Notes: generated by a model from the sequence alone, not told the origin. 64,000 nucleotides of DNA from Candidatus Iainarchaeum sp. (GCA_026397015.1 JAPLVR010000003.1:32001-96000), one strand, 5' to 3'. Counted from the stretch's first letter, positions 1 through 10,665 are shown. Numbers and translations are program-made.

Positions 1-670
1 GCGCCTTCGCGTTTGGAACATCAAAGACCAAAAGGCTTTTCTTTTCCAGAACTGCATGAGTCTTGATGAAGAATGCGTTTGGATTCGGCAGGTGTTCCAA
101 TATGAATGTGGCGTTCACAACAGCTGCTTTTTTTTTCAGATTGGCCTTGAGATAATCGCCGAACTGGACATCAATACCGTGTTTTTTCGCTATGCGACAG
201 GCATGCTCGCTAAAATCTATCCCCCCCACATCCCAGCCTAACTTGCCCTGACTCTCCAAGAATTCCCCAACGCCTGCCCCAACATCAAAAAGCAGGCCAT
301 TCCTAAAAGGTATTATCCTATTCCCGCTGAGCTTTGTGTATGCAAAATAAAGCTCGGACTTTAGCAAGTCTTTGAAAGAACTTTCCACCTTCAAGTGAGA
401 ATAGGAATAGTGTCTCTTAAGGGCAAGCTTTTTGTAGTTCGGAAGATCTTTTGTCTTATACGCATAGTAAGCAGTGTAATCTTCTGGATAGTACTTTAAG
501 AGTTTCTCAGGAAATGGGAATATTCGCATAAGCCCGCATGAACGACAACCACAAACATCCCACTCGCCGGCTATTCCATGCCGCATCTCGGTTGATTTGA
601 AAAGAAATTTCCATTTGTCTGAGTCGCAGGCAGCGCACCTGCCAATCCCAAAAGCGATTTTTTTCTTCAT
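1..670 (-). CDS. Class I SAM-dependent methyltransferase with N-terminal Zn ribbon (3' end runs off window)
   Basis: Not in the ORF track. My translation from ATG at 670 gives MKKKIAFGIGRCAACDS...CRSCGLM...LFDVGAGVGEF...FILEHLPNP...FDVPN, open to position 1. Confidence 0.88.
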   Translation of the reverse strand, partial: MKKKIAFGIGRCAACDSDKWKFLFKSTEMRHGIAGEWDVCGCRSCGLMRIFPFPEKLLKYYPEDYTAYYAYKTKDLPNYKKLALKRHYSYSHLKVESSFKDLLKSELYFAYTKLSGNRIIPFRNGLLFDVGAGVGEFLESQGKLGWDVGGIDFSEHACRIAKKHGIDVQFGDYLKANLKKKAAVVNATFILEHLPNPNAFFIKTHAVLEKKSLLVFDVPNAKA

Positions 671-684
671 TTAAAACACCCAAA

Positions 685-1332
685 TCATTTCTTCTTAATC
701 AAAAATATGAACCCTCTTTTTATCCAGAAAGGCTTGTCCCCAAGGAGCCTATATGAGAATCCTGTTTCCTCAAAGAGTCTCAAAAGCTCAAAATAGGAAT
801 ACATCCCTAGACACTCGGGATTTATTTTTAGCAACTGCTTAAGGTGTCCCACAACAGAATTGTGCCCGCTATTAAATGAACTTATCATTAACTTGTTTGG
901 AGTGCTCACAATCCCCATTCCTCCCTTCTTCAATATCCTGTTCAGTTCAAGCAGGGAAGACTTTGGATCATTGAGATGCTCAAGAACCTCAAATGCAACA
1001 AAAGAATTGAATGTTTTGTTTTTGAACGGAAGCCTCTTGCCGTCATAGTTAACAAGATGCTTGAACTTTCCGGTTACAACCAAATCGACACCGGTTCCGT
1101 GTGAAGAAGTTGTTTTGTTTACCAATTCAGTAAATAATCCATAAAGGCAACCAAATTCAAGAATCTTCGAGCCTTTGAAAAGAAGGTGCTTTTTTGCAAG
1201 CTCGACATTGTTCTTGACAATGGCAATTTTGGAAGGGTGGGAAAATTCATCTTCGCCGGAGGAAGAGAAAAGTAAATCATTATCCCTGATATAATTTTTA
1301 GAATGCATATTTTTGCGCCCAAATTTTTTCAT
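685..1332 (-). CDS. Class I SAM-dependent methyltransferase (Methyltransf_11-like)
   Basis: ILEFGCLYG motif I, LPFKNKTFN, FEVLEHL, VSTPN. ATGA overlap with the upstream gene. Confidence 0.88.
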   Translation of the reverse strand: MKKFGRKNMHSKNYIRDNDLLFSSSGEDEFSHPSKIAIVKNNVELAKKHLLFKGSKILEFGCLYGLFTELVNKTTSSHGTGVDLVVTGKFKHLVNYDGKRLPFKNKTFNSFVAFEVLEHLNDPKSSLLELNRILKKGGMGIVSTPNKLMISSFNSGHNSVVGHLKQLLKINPECLGMYSYFELLRLFEETGFSYRLLGDKPFWIKRGFIFLIKKK

Positions 1333-1976
1333 TTATCCATTTTCTTTTTTAACTTCGCCCTATTCTCCAAAGTATTCCAAAAATCTTTCAGACCGCTAAC
1401 TTTTTTACCACGCTTTTTTGATTTTTTCCATTCTTCTAAACCAAAATTCAGTATCAAATGCAATTCCAGTTTATTACTATTTAATATGGATTTTTTATTT
1501 ACCACATTTAATATTTTTTCGCACACGTCCGCCCATTCAAATATGATTATTTTTTTGTTTGTTATTTGCAACATGTTTTCTATCGCTTTTTGGATTTGTT
1601 CTTCGTTGAAATACATTAATACGCCATAACAAAAAAGCACGTCGTATTTTTTTATGGCTGGCACCCCTTTAACGACGTCCCATTCAAAAACGTTTAACCC
1701 TTCTTTTTTTGCCATCTCTAAATAGTCTTTTTGTATATCGCATCCTGCTAAATTGAATTCGCTTTTTATCGGTTTCATTAGCCTGCCCCAGCCGCACCCG
1801 ACTTCAAGAACGCTCTGCGGATTATACTGTTTTAACGCATTTCGTAATTCGCCTACTGTCGGTTCTGTTATTTGCGCGCCTTCTTGCCCTTTATACACTT
1901 CAGCCACGTAGCGTTTATTGTCAATCCAATCTTGCGCGTAATTTCTTTTCTTTTTAAACATCATTTCGCCCGCCAT
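1329..1976 (-). CDS. Class I SAM-dependent methyltransferase
   Basis: VLEVGCGWG, GCD, YDVLFCYGVLMY motifs. Confidence 0.88.
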   Translation of the reverse strand: MAGEMMFKKKRNYAQDWIDNKRYVAEVYKGQEGAQITEPTVGELRNALKQYNPQSVLEVGCGWGRLMKPIKSEFNLAGCDIQKDYLEMAKKEGLNVFEWDVVKGVPAIKKYDVLFCYGVLMYFNEEQIQKAIENMLQITNKKIIIFEWADVCEKILNVVNKKSILNSNKLELHLILNFGLEEWKKSKKRGKKVSGLKDFWNTLENRAKLKKKMDK

Positions 1977-2213
1977 TTTTGTTTAACTTGGCGCACCACT
2001 TGCAAACTCATTAATGGAAACTTTTTTATCCCTTCTCAAAAGAGCACAATTATTTTTTGAATACGCAAAATAACTTTTGCGCAAAGTCATGTCTTTTGTA
2101 CCAGCATCACTTATAAAAACGTGGCAAATACATAAATTGGTAGAGAGCCGCATTAAAACAGCACAATTCAATAAGCTGCGCGGCTGCCTTTACAATTTTA
2201 TAAAAGTGAAAAT

Positions 2214-3572
2214 ATGCATCAAAAAATAATTTTCATCGAAATGAGATATCCCGAAAAGCCGGCGGTGCCAGCTGAAATAATGAATGACGGGTCCTTTTTT
2301 GTGCGCTTTAGAAAACAAAGCCCTCTCGACCTGCTTTTTCCCGCAACGATGCTTGAAAAGAAAAAAATCAAAGTAAAAATAGTGGACCTTAATATTGAAT
2401 CTTTTGATTTCCTGAAAAAGCAAATCGTCGAATTTAAGCCGACCATTGCACTGGTTTCAACGGCGTATGTCGGCGCTTGGCAGTGCCCTCTTCCTCCTCA
2501 CTCGATAAAAGAAACAATGCAAAATATTCGCGACACATTCAAAGGCACGGTCGGAATTTTCGGCCCGCACGCAACCGCCCTTCCCGAAACAATGCTGCGA
2601 ATGAGCGGGGCCGATTTCGCAATAATCGGAGAGCCTGAAAATTCAATTATTGAAGTAATAGAAAAGGGATATGAAAAGGCAAAAGGCACTGCGTTTTTCT
2701 GGAAAAAAGAGAAACTTAAAATAAACGCGCCGCCCGCGCCGGTTGATTTCAAGAAAATACCAAATCCAAATTATAATTTAGTGAATTTGAAAAGATACGG
2801 CGAAATCGTTGTTCAGTCGAGCAGAGGGTGCCCTGGAAACTGTCTTTTTTGCAACAAAACCATGTATGGCGCAGGATACAGAGCGAGAAAATTAGACAAT
2901 GTAATTGAAGAGATAAAGGATTTGAAAAAAAGAGGGTTTAACAAAATTTATTTTCAGGACCTTGAATTCTTGTTCAACAAAGAAAGAATTACAAAATTTT
3001 GCAACGCGCTTATCAAATCAGGCCTTAAGATAGAATGGAGCTGCACCGCACGGGTAAATTCCGTTACCGATTTGGAAACATTTAAACTTATGAAGCGCGC
3101 GGGATGCAAAACAATAAACTTCGGGCTTGAAAGCGCGGCAGAAAAAGTCATTGCGCAATCCGGGAAAGGGGCGACTGTATATGACGTCGAAAAATCGATG
3201 GATATGTGCTCAAGGTCAGGAATAATCGGTGCATACAATATAATTTTCGGCCTTCCCGGCGAGGACAGGGAAACGATAAACGAAACGCTGAAATTCATAG
3301 AAAAACATTATGGACAAAAAAACATACAGATAGACAGGGGTTTTAGGACAATCTACTTTCCGGGAAGCAGGCTTTTTGAATTAGGAGTAAGAGACGGAAA
3401 AATAAACCGCAGCGACCCATTTGAAGATATCTACTTGAAAAGTGGAACAATCAGAACCGCATTTAAGACAAAAAATGAATTCGACGCCGCGTTCCAGGAA
3501 ATGAGAATAAAACTTTTTATTTTTAAAAAATTTAAAACAACAAAATCAAAAATAGAAAAAATTTTCCATTAG
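2214..3572 (+). CDS. Cobalamin-binding (class B-like) radical SAM protein
   Basis: SRGCPGNCLFC (CX3CX2C), N-terminal B12-binding region GPHAT...GEPE, FGLES, IFGLPGE. Confidence 0.92.
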   Translation: MHQKIIFIEMRYPEKPAVPAEIMNDGSFFVRFRKQSPLDLLFPATMLEKKKIKVKIVDLNIESFDFLKKQIVEFKPTIALVSTAYVGAWQCPLPPHSIKETMQNIRDTFKGTVGIFGPHATALPETMLRMSGADFAIIGEPENSIIEVIEKGYEKAKGTAFFWKKEKLKINAPPAPVDFKKIPNPNYNLVNLKRYGEIVVQSSRGCPGNCLFCNKTMYGAGYRARKLDNVIEEIKDLKKRGFNKIYFQDLEFLFNKERITKFCNALIKSGLKIEWSCTARVNSVTDLETFKLMKRAGCKTINFGLESAAEKVIAQSGKGATVYDVEKSMDMCSRSGIIGAYNIIFGLPGEDRETINETLKFIEKHYGQKNIQIDRGFRTIYFPGSRLFELGVRDGKINRSDPFEDIYLKSGTIRTAFKTKNEFDAAFQEMRIKLFIFKKFKTTKSKIEKIFH

Positions 3573-3588
3573 CCCATTATTTTTGCCT

Positions 3589-5070
3589 TCAACTTTTTTT
3601 CTTTTCAGCTTTCTTTTCTCTTCCGGGCAAATCCCTCAAATCCTTGGCGACAAGCATCGTAAGCGCCCTATTTACGCCCCAAATAAGGTCGCCCGGAGAC
3701 TCAATCTTTTTCAAAAACTTCACTATGTTCTTCGGGGCAAACACGCTGCGCCGCATCATCGCATTTATTTCATTCACAGCCATCTCATAGGCAACCTTTC
3801 TTTCTTCCGCCGTAAATTCAGGCGTCTCAAAAATCGGAACATTGCCCTTTCCGTACCCTAAAAAGTTTTTATAATCCACAACATCCTCATACTCAACTAA
3901 AATCTTTCCATTTTTATTTACATAATCCCAAAGCCTTGTGCTCGGAAACGGAACGGCGTGATTGAAACCGGCAAGATCAAGCTTGAGGCTTTTCATGAAA
4001 GCAATTGTTTCCTTCGCTTTTTCAAGCGTCTCATTCGGCAACCCTATTATGAAATGCCCTGCGACCATTGGAATTCCGACTTCCTTTGAGGCTTTCACAG
4101 CTTCGCGTATTTTCGGAAGCGTCGTTGCTTTTCCAATTTCACTCAACAAAACCGGATTTCCTGTCTCCATCCCGAACCAGAGCTCGCTGCATCCCGCAAG
4201 TTTCATTTTATCCAACAACTCTTTTGAAACGGTATTCACATGTATCCCGGTTGCGCAAGTCATATTTATTCCAAGATCTCTTTTGATAAGTTCGTCACAA
4301 ATTCCAATCGCCCTATTTTTATCTATGGTGAAATTGTCATCCGATATTCCAACTGTTCTATTTGCTCTCTTTGCAAGATGAGGGTATTTTTCAAAAGACT
4401 GCTGGATTTCATCAACTGTATTTTTCGGCGACCTTGAACGCCAAGTGGTATTTGTAACCGGCTTTGAGCAGTAAACGCAATTGTACGGGCAGCCTCTGCT
4501 TGACATTACATTGAAAGGGGAGTGATATGATTCCAACTCCAAAATATCGCGCGCGGGAAAAGGAATTTCATCGAGATTTGAAATAAGCCCGGCCGGCCCG
4601 TTAACCCTGATTTTTTTTCCTTCCCTGAAACAAATTCCTTTCACTTTTGCCAAGGATTTTTCTTTTACAAGCGCGTCAATAAGAGAAACTATTGTGTTTT
4701 CTGCTTCGCCGACCACAACAACATCCACTTCAGGAACTTTTTCGAGCAATTTTTCCCTAAAAATTGTCGCATGAGGCCCACCCAAAATTATTTTTCCCGC
4801 ATATTTTCTGGCTTCTTTTATGGCCGGAAGGCAGTAATAAAAGGAAGGAGTTGTCGCAGTAAATGCAACCACCTTTGGATATTTTTTCAACTCCTGCAAA
4901 AAATATTCATGAGAACGCTTGAAATATTTGTTGCCCGCAACATCGGAGGAAACATCCACAATATTTACGCTAAAGCCGTTGTCCCTAAGTATTGATGCAA
5001 GAGTCGTTATTCCAAGACGTATCTGACCGCTGCCATACGGTTCGACAAAAAGACAATCCATGCAAATCAT
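3589..5070 (-). CDS. Cobalamin-binding (class B-like) radical SAM protein
   Basis: SRGCPYNCVYC, GGPHAT, VVGEAE, DDNFT, FGMET, FIIGLPNET. Confidence 0.93.
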   Translation of the reverse strand: MICMDCLFVEPYGSGQIRLGITTLASILRDNGFSVNIVDVSSDVAGNKYFKRSHEYFLQELKKYPKVVAFTATTPSFYYCLPAIKEARKYAGKIILGGPHATIFREKLLEKVPEVDVVVVGEAENTIVSLIDALVKEKSLAKVKGICFREGKKIRVNGPAGLISNLDEIPFPARDILELESYHSPFNVMSSRGCPYNCVYCSKPVTNTTWRSRSPKNTVDEIQQSFEKYPHLAKRANRTVGISDDNFTIDKNRAIGICDELIKRDLGINMTCATGIHVNTVSKELLDKMKLAGCSELWFGMETGNPVLLSEIGKATTLPKIREAVKASKEVGIPMVAGHFIIGLPNETLEKAKETIAFMKSLKLDLAGFNHAVPFPSTRLWDYVNKNGKILVEYEDVVDYKNFLGYGKGNVPIFETPEFTAEERKVAYEMAVNEINAMMRRSVFAPKNIVKFLKKIESPGDLIWGVNRALTMLVAKDLRDLPGREKKAEKKKS

Positions 5071-5616
5071 TTAAGAAAAATTGTAAAACAGGCCGCGAAC
5101 AAAATCCGCAACTTTATCGTCCTGAAGCACTTTGCTTTCAACGACATATCTGTCAATCAAAGGTGTTATTGTGAAAATATAAATGCTCACAGTGAACAAA
5201 TGCATTAATGTAAATGGAATCTGCCCCAATAATGCCTGCTCAAACGACATCCCAAACATAAGAGGAGTCGCCAAAACACCTGTAATAAAATCGAATATCA
5301 GAACGCCTGCAACTCCGGAAAAGAAATATTTTTTCAACCCGACTTTTTTCTCCTTACCGTAAATAAACGCGAAAAGCAGCCCGAGACCGCCGTAAGTGAG
5401 TGAAGTAACAACGGTCCAAATACCTACGTAACCAGTTATTATGTCAAAAGAAACCATCGTCAAAAAAGGGAACAGAAAAGCGGCAACAAAATTTCTTTTC
5501 TTCGAAACCGGAAGCATCATTGCCATAATCGGATCGTTGTTCGGAATGAACCTCAAAAGACGCACCGCATTTGCCGCCAAAACCGCCAAAACAAATTTGA
5601 TTGCTCCGAAACGCAT
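5071..5616 (-). CDS. ECF transporter S-component, CbrT/BtuM-like (probable cobalamin uptake)
   Basis: About 180 aa with ~6 TM helices. RLLRFIPNNDPIMA resembles the CbrT PNxxP motif, and there is a C-terminal IPFTLMH. Start chosen at ATG 5616, ~22 nt after a TTATAAA box (ORF track starts at 5694). Confidence 0.72.
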   Translation of the reverse strand: MRFGAIKFVLAVLAANAVRLLRFIPNNDPIMAMMLPVSKKRNFVAAFLFPFLTMVSFDIITGYVGIWTVVTSLTYGGLGLLFAFIYGKEKKVGLKKYFFSGVAGVLIFDFITGVLATPLMFGMSFEQALLGQIPFTLMHLFTVSIYIFTITPLIDRYVVESKVLQDDKVADFVRGLFYNFS

Positions 5617-5732
5617 AATGATTAATTTCTCAGAATAATTTATAATTGCTTCTTTTCGATTCCTCAAACCAAACAAAATTTTCGCACCAAACATGACCCG
5701 TAAAGTTAATATTTAACAAAACGCAATGAATA

Positions 5733-6560
5733 GTGGAACGCCGGGGTTCCTACATGCGCGCACCAACTGTCCTGCTTGGAATAGATGACTTTAATCCGGG
5801 TGTAATCGACGAAGATTCAGACGAACTGAAAAGGCTATTGAAATTTTTTAGGGAATTTCCGAAAGTCAGGGCGACCTGCTTTTGCGCCGCAAAATACAGT
5901 TACACAAACGATCCTGTAAGAAATCTTGCGATTAAAAATATTCAAAAATTGGTTAATCTCAAAGTAGAAAATGATTCCAACTTGCTTTCAAAAAATAAAG
6001 GGTGGGCGAAAAAAATCAGCGATATAAAAAATATTTCCCTTGAGTTGCACGGCTACACTCACTTCAACCCTTTGTTGGGAACGTGCGAGGAATTTAGGGG
6101 AATCGCAAAAGATGAAACTTACAAAAAAATTTTAGATGCGCAGGCAGAGTTTGCATCAATTGGAATTAAACCGAAAGTATTTGCCCCCCCCGGATGGGCT
6201 ATGAACGAACACATCTATTCTTTTTGCAGCACGAATCACATTTCAATCGCAAATTCATTCTACAATATAAAAACAAAAAAATATTCGGGAGAAAAAATAA
6301 ACCCGATGAAACAATCTGTTCACAACAGAGTGCTCTGCATACCGCGAAATGTTGATATTCACAACGGAAGCACGAGCGACATTAAGCATATAATAAAAAA
6401 CAACGGATTGGTTTCATTCCACAGTCACGCGAAAAACATAGGCGTTTCAAACGGGCTAACGGAAGAAAATGTTGGAAATTTAAGGGAACTCATTCTTTGG
6501 ATAAATAAAAATTACAAGCCAAATTTCAAATTTTTTCGCGAAATAAAAAGGGGCTTTTAA
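5733..6560 (+). CDS. Polysaccharide deacetylase family (DUF2334/NodB-like)
   Basis: IDD, ELHGYTH, FAPPGW and FHSH carbohydrate-esterase-4 motifs. Confidence 0.85.
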   Translation: MERRGSYMRAPTVLLGIDDFNPGVIDEDSDELKRLLKFFREFPKVRATCFCAAKYSYTNDPVRNLAIKNIQKLVNLKVENDSNLLSKNKGWAKKISDIKNISLELHGYTHFNPLLGTCEEFRGIAKDETYKKILDAQAEFASIGIKPKVFAPPGWAMNEHIYSFCSTNHISIANSFYNIKTKKYSGEKINPMKQSVHNRVLCIPRNVDIHNGSTSDIKHIIKNNGLVSFHSHAKNIGVSNGLTEENVGNLRELILWINKNYKPNFKFFREIKRGF

Positions 6561-6561
6561 A

Positions 6562-7743
6562 TTGGAAAAAATAAGGGTTTGCAGATTTGTCGGGGAGAAT
6601 TTTCCAAGCTTCGAAAAAATAAATTCTGGGCTGGCGCCGAACTATTACAATTTGTCAAAGGAGCTCGCCAAATTAGGGGTTGAAACATCTATCGTTTGCC
6701 CGAAAGAGAAAGGGCAAAAGTATTTCGAGGAAACCGAAGGATTCACTGTGCACAGATTTGACGCCCCGAAGTGGAAATTGGCGGAGCTTTTTTTCAACCT
6801 CCCGCTAAATTTGGCGGCTTGGAAAAAAATAAACAGCGGGATCGAAAGGGATCTGTTTCAGTTCCACAATTTCTATGCGTACTGGGTTCAAAAATTTGCA
6901 AAGGAACCGAATGTGCTAACTGTTCACGGGTGCGATATTGAAATATACAATAATGTTCCGCCGTGGCCGATTCAGATGCCGTATAAGCACTTCAAATCCA
7001 AATGGGACATAACGAGAACGCTTATTTTATCAAAAAAAATGTGTGGGAACGCCACACGTGTTGTCGGTGTAGCCAAAGCGGTAACAAAGGAAGTGAAAGA
7101 AGACTTCGGCGTTGAAAACGCAATTACAATATACAATGGCATAGACAGTAAAATATTCTTCAAAAGAAAGGAAAACCCGTTTGAAAAAAATTCTGAAACA
7201 TTCAACATACTTTTTGTCGGGCGCATAACTCCTCTGAAGGGCATTGAATACTTATTTGAGGCAGTGGATGGAATAAAAAACGCCAAATTGTTTATGATTG
7301 GCGACATGAACAAAACTGAAGAGACTTATATGAAAATTATTCTCAGCAAAATAAAAAACAAAGAAAACATAATTTTTCTTGGAAAAGTGCCGAACATGGA
7401 ACTGCCAAAGTATTATTCCGGCGCGGATTGCATGATTTTGCCGTCGCTCGCGGAAGGATTTCCGAAGGTTGTTATTGAGGCAATGGCTTGTGGGTGCCCG
7501 GTAATCGCAACAAATGTTTCCGGAAATCCGGAAGTGGTGAATGAAAAAACAGGTTATCTTGTGGAACCGAAAAACAGCGCGCAACTAAGAGCAAAAATAT
7601 TGCACGTAATGCAGAATAGAGAAGAGGCAAAGAAAATGGCGCAGACTGCCTGCAAAATGATTCTTGAAAAATTTACGTGGGAAAATTCTGCAAAAGATTA
7701 CGCAAAACTTTACAAAAAGATGATGGCAGAGAAAAGCAGATAG
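6562..7743 (+). CDS. Glycosyltransferase family 4
   Basis: IYNGID, FVGRITPLKG, PSLAEGFPKVVIEAMACGCPV. Confidence 0.95.
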   Translation: MEKIRVCRFVGENFPSFEKINSGLAPNYYNLSKELAKLGVETSIVCPKEKGQKYFEETEGFTVHRFDAPKWKLAELFFNLPLNLAAWKKINSGIERDLFQFHNFYAYWVQKFAKEPNVLTVHGCDIEIYNNVPPWPIQMPYKHFKSKWDITRTLILSKKMCGNATRVVGVAKAVTKEVKEDFGVENAITIYNGIDSKIFFKRKENPFEKNSETFNILFVGRITPLKGIEYLFEAVDGIKNAKLFMIGDMNKTEETYMKIILSKIKNKENIIFLGKVPNMELPKYYSGADCMILPSLAEGFPKVVIEAMACGCPVIATNVSGNPEVVNEKTGYLVEPKNSAQLRAKILHVMQNREEAKKMAQTACKMILEKFTWENSAKDYAKLYKKMMAEKSR

Positions 7744-7766
7744 AGAATTATTTTTCACACAAAAAA

Positions 7767-8390
7767 TTATTTTTTGCACAAAAAAGTAAGCCCGGTTGCA
7801 AACACTGAAGGAAAAAGTTTCTTGCCAGTATACGATTCCTTTATCACTTTCAATTCTGAATCGGAAATCATTTGAATTATTTTTTTTCTGTTAAAGAAGC
7901 GAATGTGCGCCGCCCTGCCGCTGAAAACGTCGGGCATATTTCCCAACAAAAAATTAATTCTGAAACGCCAATATGAATGATTTGGAACATTAATTATGAC
8001 AAACTTATTTGAAACGCGCTTCATCTCGACAAGCAAACCTTCTGGATTAAAAACATGCATCAAAACTTGAACACAAATAACACAATCAAAGCTGTTTTCC
8101 TTGAAGGGGAGACGCCCGTCCAAATCGACTTTCTTTACCATTAAGCCGTTTTTAGCGGCCTCTTTTAACGCCACATCTGAAATATCAATTCCTGTTACAT
8201 CAATTCCTTTGCTTTTTAGGCTTGACATTAGTTCGCCTCTGCCACAGCCGACGTCGAGAACACTTGAAACTTCAGGCAGGATGGAAATCACAGACATATT
8301 TGCACTATTTGGGGCCCGTTTTGAATCTTTATTGCGTGAAATCTTGACCGCCCAATTGTCATTGTGCAACCTTTCCCTCACCGAATTCAT
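7767..8390 (-). CDS. Class I SAM methyltransferase (MetW-like)
   Basis: VLDVGCGRG, LPFKENSFD, VPNHSYWRFR, HIRFF. Confidence 0.9.
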   Translation of the reverse strand: MNSVRERLHNDNWAVKISRNKDSKRAPNSANMSVISILPEVSSVLDVGCGRGELMSSLKSKGIDVTGIDISDVALKEAAKNGLMVKKVDLDGRLPFKENSFDCVICVQVLMHVFNPEGLLVEMKRVSNKFVIINVPNHSYWRFRINFLLGNMPDVFSGRAAHIRFFNRKKIIQMISDSELKVIKESYTGKKLFPSVFATGLTFLCKK

Positions 8391-8461
8391 AAAATAAGCT
8401 AAACCAAAAGTGTTAATAAATTCTTTGAATACGACTGAATCAAAAGCCTTTTATATGCTCA

Positions 8462-9646
8462 ATGCTGATTTATTTCATGAAACTGCTTGACAGCGCATAT
8501 AGAAAAAGAAAATCATACTTTTACAAGATGATTAACGGAAAGGCGCTTGAAAAAGAGTTGGAAAAGGATGAAACGACCGAAGAAAAGGAAAAGAAGTTTG
8601 AAAAAAAATTCGCCAAATTTATGGGGGTAAAACATGCATCACTTTTTGGCTCTGGCAACCACGCATTGATTACTGGGCTGGAGATGTCAAAGCTTGAAAA
8701 AGAAAGCGATATTTTAATCCAGGCGTTTACATGCAAACAGGTTCCGAGAATTATTTCAACAATTTATAACAGCCAATTGGCAGACATTGATGAAAGTTAC
8801 AATATTGACCTTTCCAAAGCGCAAGTATTGACTGGAAAAAAAACCAAAGCCATTCAGGCGATTTATTCGTACGGCAAGGCGATTAACTCAAAAAAAATCC
8901 AAGAGTTTTGTAAAAAAAATGAATTGATTCTTATCGAGGATTGCGCGCATTCATTGGGTGCGAAAAACGGAAAAAAAGCCGGTTCCATTGGAGAGTTCAG
9001 CATATTCAGCCTGCGAAAAAACCTGCCGGTGGGAAGCGGTGGGGTTCTCTGCACCAGCAACAACGAGTTTTACGATGAAATACTGCGCGAAAAAGAGGAT
9101 TCGAGCAGAAAGTTTGGAATAAAAAAGAAACTACTTGAAAAGCCGATAGTTTTTTTCAGAAAAAACTTTCCGCATGCGGGCGCACCATATGTTTTTTTGA
9201 GTAAATTGGGATACGGCAAGGAAGAAATGAATAAAGAACTGCTCGACAGGTTTGAAATCTCACTTGCAACACATTCTCTCACAATTCTGCCAGAAATAAT
9301 AAATAAAACGGTTGCAAATTCAAAGCTTTTGATGGATGAGCTCGGAACGGAAAAGTTTATTTTTCCGCGCGAAGAAAAAAAAGAAATCAATGTTTACACG
9401 CGCGTGCCGATTTTTTTCAAACGCCCAAACAAAGCGGTCGAAAAAATATGGTGGAAACTGCAGCAGGAGGGCTTCGAAACAGGGCTTTTTTACAAAACCG
9501 ATTTTGAAATTACCGCCGGCGGGAAAAAAGAAAACTTTCTTTTTTCAGTTAAAGCGGCGGAACATATGGTTCCAGTCGGTGTCCAGGGCTTGGACGAAAA
9601 ACAAATAATAGAGCTTGCTGAAAGGATAAAGAGCTTTTCAAAATAG
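8462..9646 (+). CDS. DegT/DnrJ/EryC1/StrS-family PLP-dependent sugar aminotransferase (divergent)
   Basis: LIEDCAHSLG and FSLRKNLPVGSGG (PLP lysine). True start is probably ATG 8477. Confidence 0.88.
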   Translation: MLIYFMKLLDSAYRKRKSYFYKMINGKALEKELEKDETTEEKEKKFEKKFAKFMGVKHASLFGSGNHALITGLEMSKLEKESDILIQAFTCKQVPRIISTIYNSQLADIDESYNIDLSKAQVLTGKKTKAIQAIYSYGKAINSKKIQEFCKKNELILIEDCAHSLGAKNGKKAGSIGEFSIFSLRKNLPVGSGGVLCTSNNEFYDEILREKEDSSRKFGIKKKLLEKPIVFFRKNFPHAGAPYVFLSKLGYGKEEMNKELLDRFEISLATHSLTILPEIINKTVANSKLLMDELGTEKFIFPREEKKEINVYTRVPIFFKRPNKAVEKIWWKLQQEGFETGLFYKTDFEITAGGKKENFLFSVKAAEHMVPVGVQGLDEKQIIELAERIKSFSK

Positions 9647-9678
9647 CCCAGATTCAAAGTATTGCAAAAAAAATGAAG

Positions 9679-10632
9679 CTACTTTTTCAACTTTGAGAGA
9701 ATTTTTGCGACACCTAATCTTTTTTTGTACGCGTGATACTCAACAACTTTCCCGAATTTTTTCTTGAAACGATTAACATTGAATTTCTTTGAGCCCTCTT
9801 TGGCGTCAACCGCGATGTTGCTCAAATCGAACTGAACAAAGCCGTTTGAATTTGCCCACTTCATTGCATGCCATTTCAAAATATCATTAGGGAATAAACT
9901 CCTTTTTTCCCAATTGCTGGAAATGCTCAATTCGTAAACGCTTTTGCCGAAAGAACCGACCATAAGACCGGCTGCAAAAACACCATCTGAATCGCGCAAA
10001 ACAAAAAATTTTCCAACCTTATTTTCAATTATTTCTTCGTAAAGCGCATCAAAAAATTTTTTTGGATAAACTTCCAACCCCTCGGATTCATGGTGTTTTT
10101 TATAATACAGATAATAATCCCCCAAATCAGTTTTCCCACCCTCTGAAACAGCTTCCGAAAAGGCCCTGCATTTAGTCAGATTTTTTCTTGCTGCATGCCC
10201 AAGTGAACCAAACAGGTCTGCCTCGGGCATTTCGAGGCGTGCAACGACATTCTGCATTTTTATCGATTCAAATCCATTGAATAATTCCGGCTTATTCCAC
10301 ACAGTTGAACCCCAAATGGTAATTGAAATAATTCTGCGCCTGCGGCATTCTTCCTCAACCGCTGCCAAAAGTTCGGGCAAAAAGCTCTCATTTGAAATCA
10401 CTGGCGGCGCAAATGCCACAAATCCAGTGCCTAATTTTGAAGCAACTCCTTTCAGCGGTTGTTCGAAGCCGAGAAGCATTGAATCATTGGAACAAAAAAA
10501 AATCGGTTTGAAGCCGAAAGATTTTTGCATCACACGAGCATACTCTTTTGTGGAATAGATATGCGCCGCCCCAAACTTTAGAAGTCTCTCATCCCAGAAT
10601 TCAGGCGCAGGTTCGGTTATGCTAATTGCCAT
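9679..10632 (-). CDS. FemAB/FemX-like GNAT peptidoglycan-bridge-type acyltransferase
   Basis: ARKNLTK, YPKKFF, PNDILKWHAMKWA, FDL...FKKKFG are typical of the FemAB fold. Confidence 0.85.
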   Translation of the reverse strand: MAISITEPAPEFWDERLLKFGAAHIYSTKEYARVMQKSFGFKPIFFCSNDSMLLGFEQPLKGVASKLGTGFVAFAPPVISNESFLPELLAAVEEECRRRRIISITIWGSTVWNKPELFNGFESIKMQNVVARLEMPEADLFGSLGHAARKNLTKCRAFSEAVSEGGKTDLGDYYLYYKKHHESEGLEVYPKKFFDALYEEIIENKVGKFFVLRDSDGVFAAGLMVGSFGKSVYELSISSNWEKRSLFPNDILKWHAMKWANSNGFVQFDLSNIAVDAKEGSKKFNVNRFKKKFGKVVEYHAYKKRLGVAKILSKLKK

Positions 10633-10665
10633 AAAAATAACCGTAAGAACTAATCATTCAACAAA

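Noticed and set aside
5617-5732. Cobalamin riboswitch upstream of the S-component
   Set aside because: The region is short and AT-rich with a TATA ~22 nt before the ATG, and no B12-box is visible.
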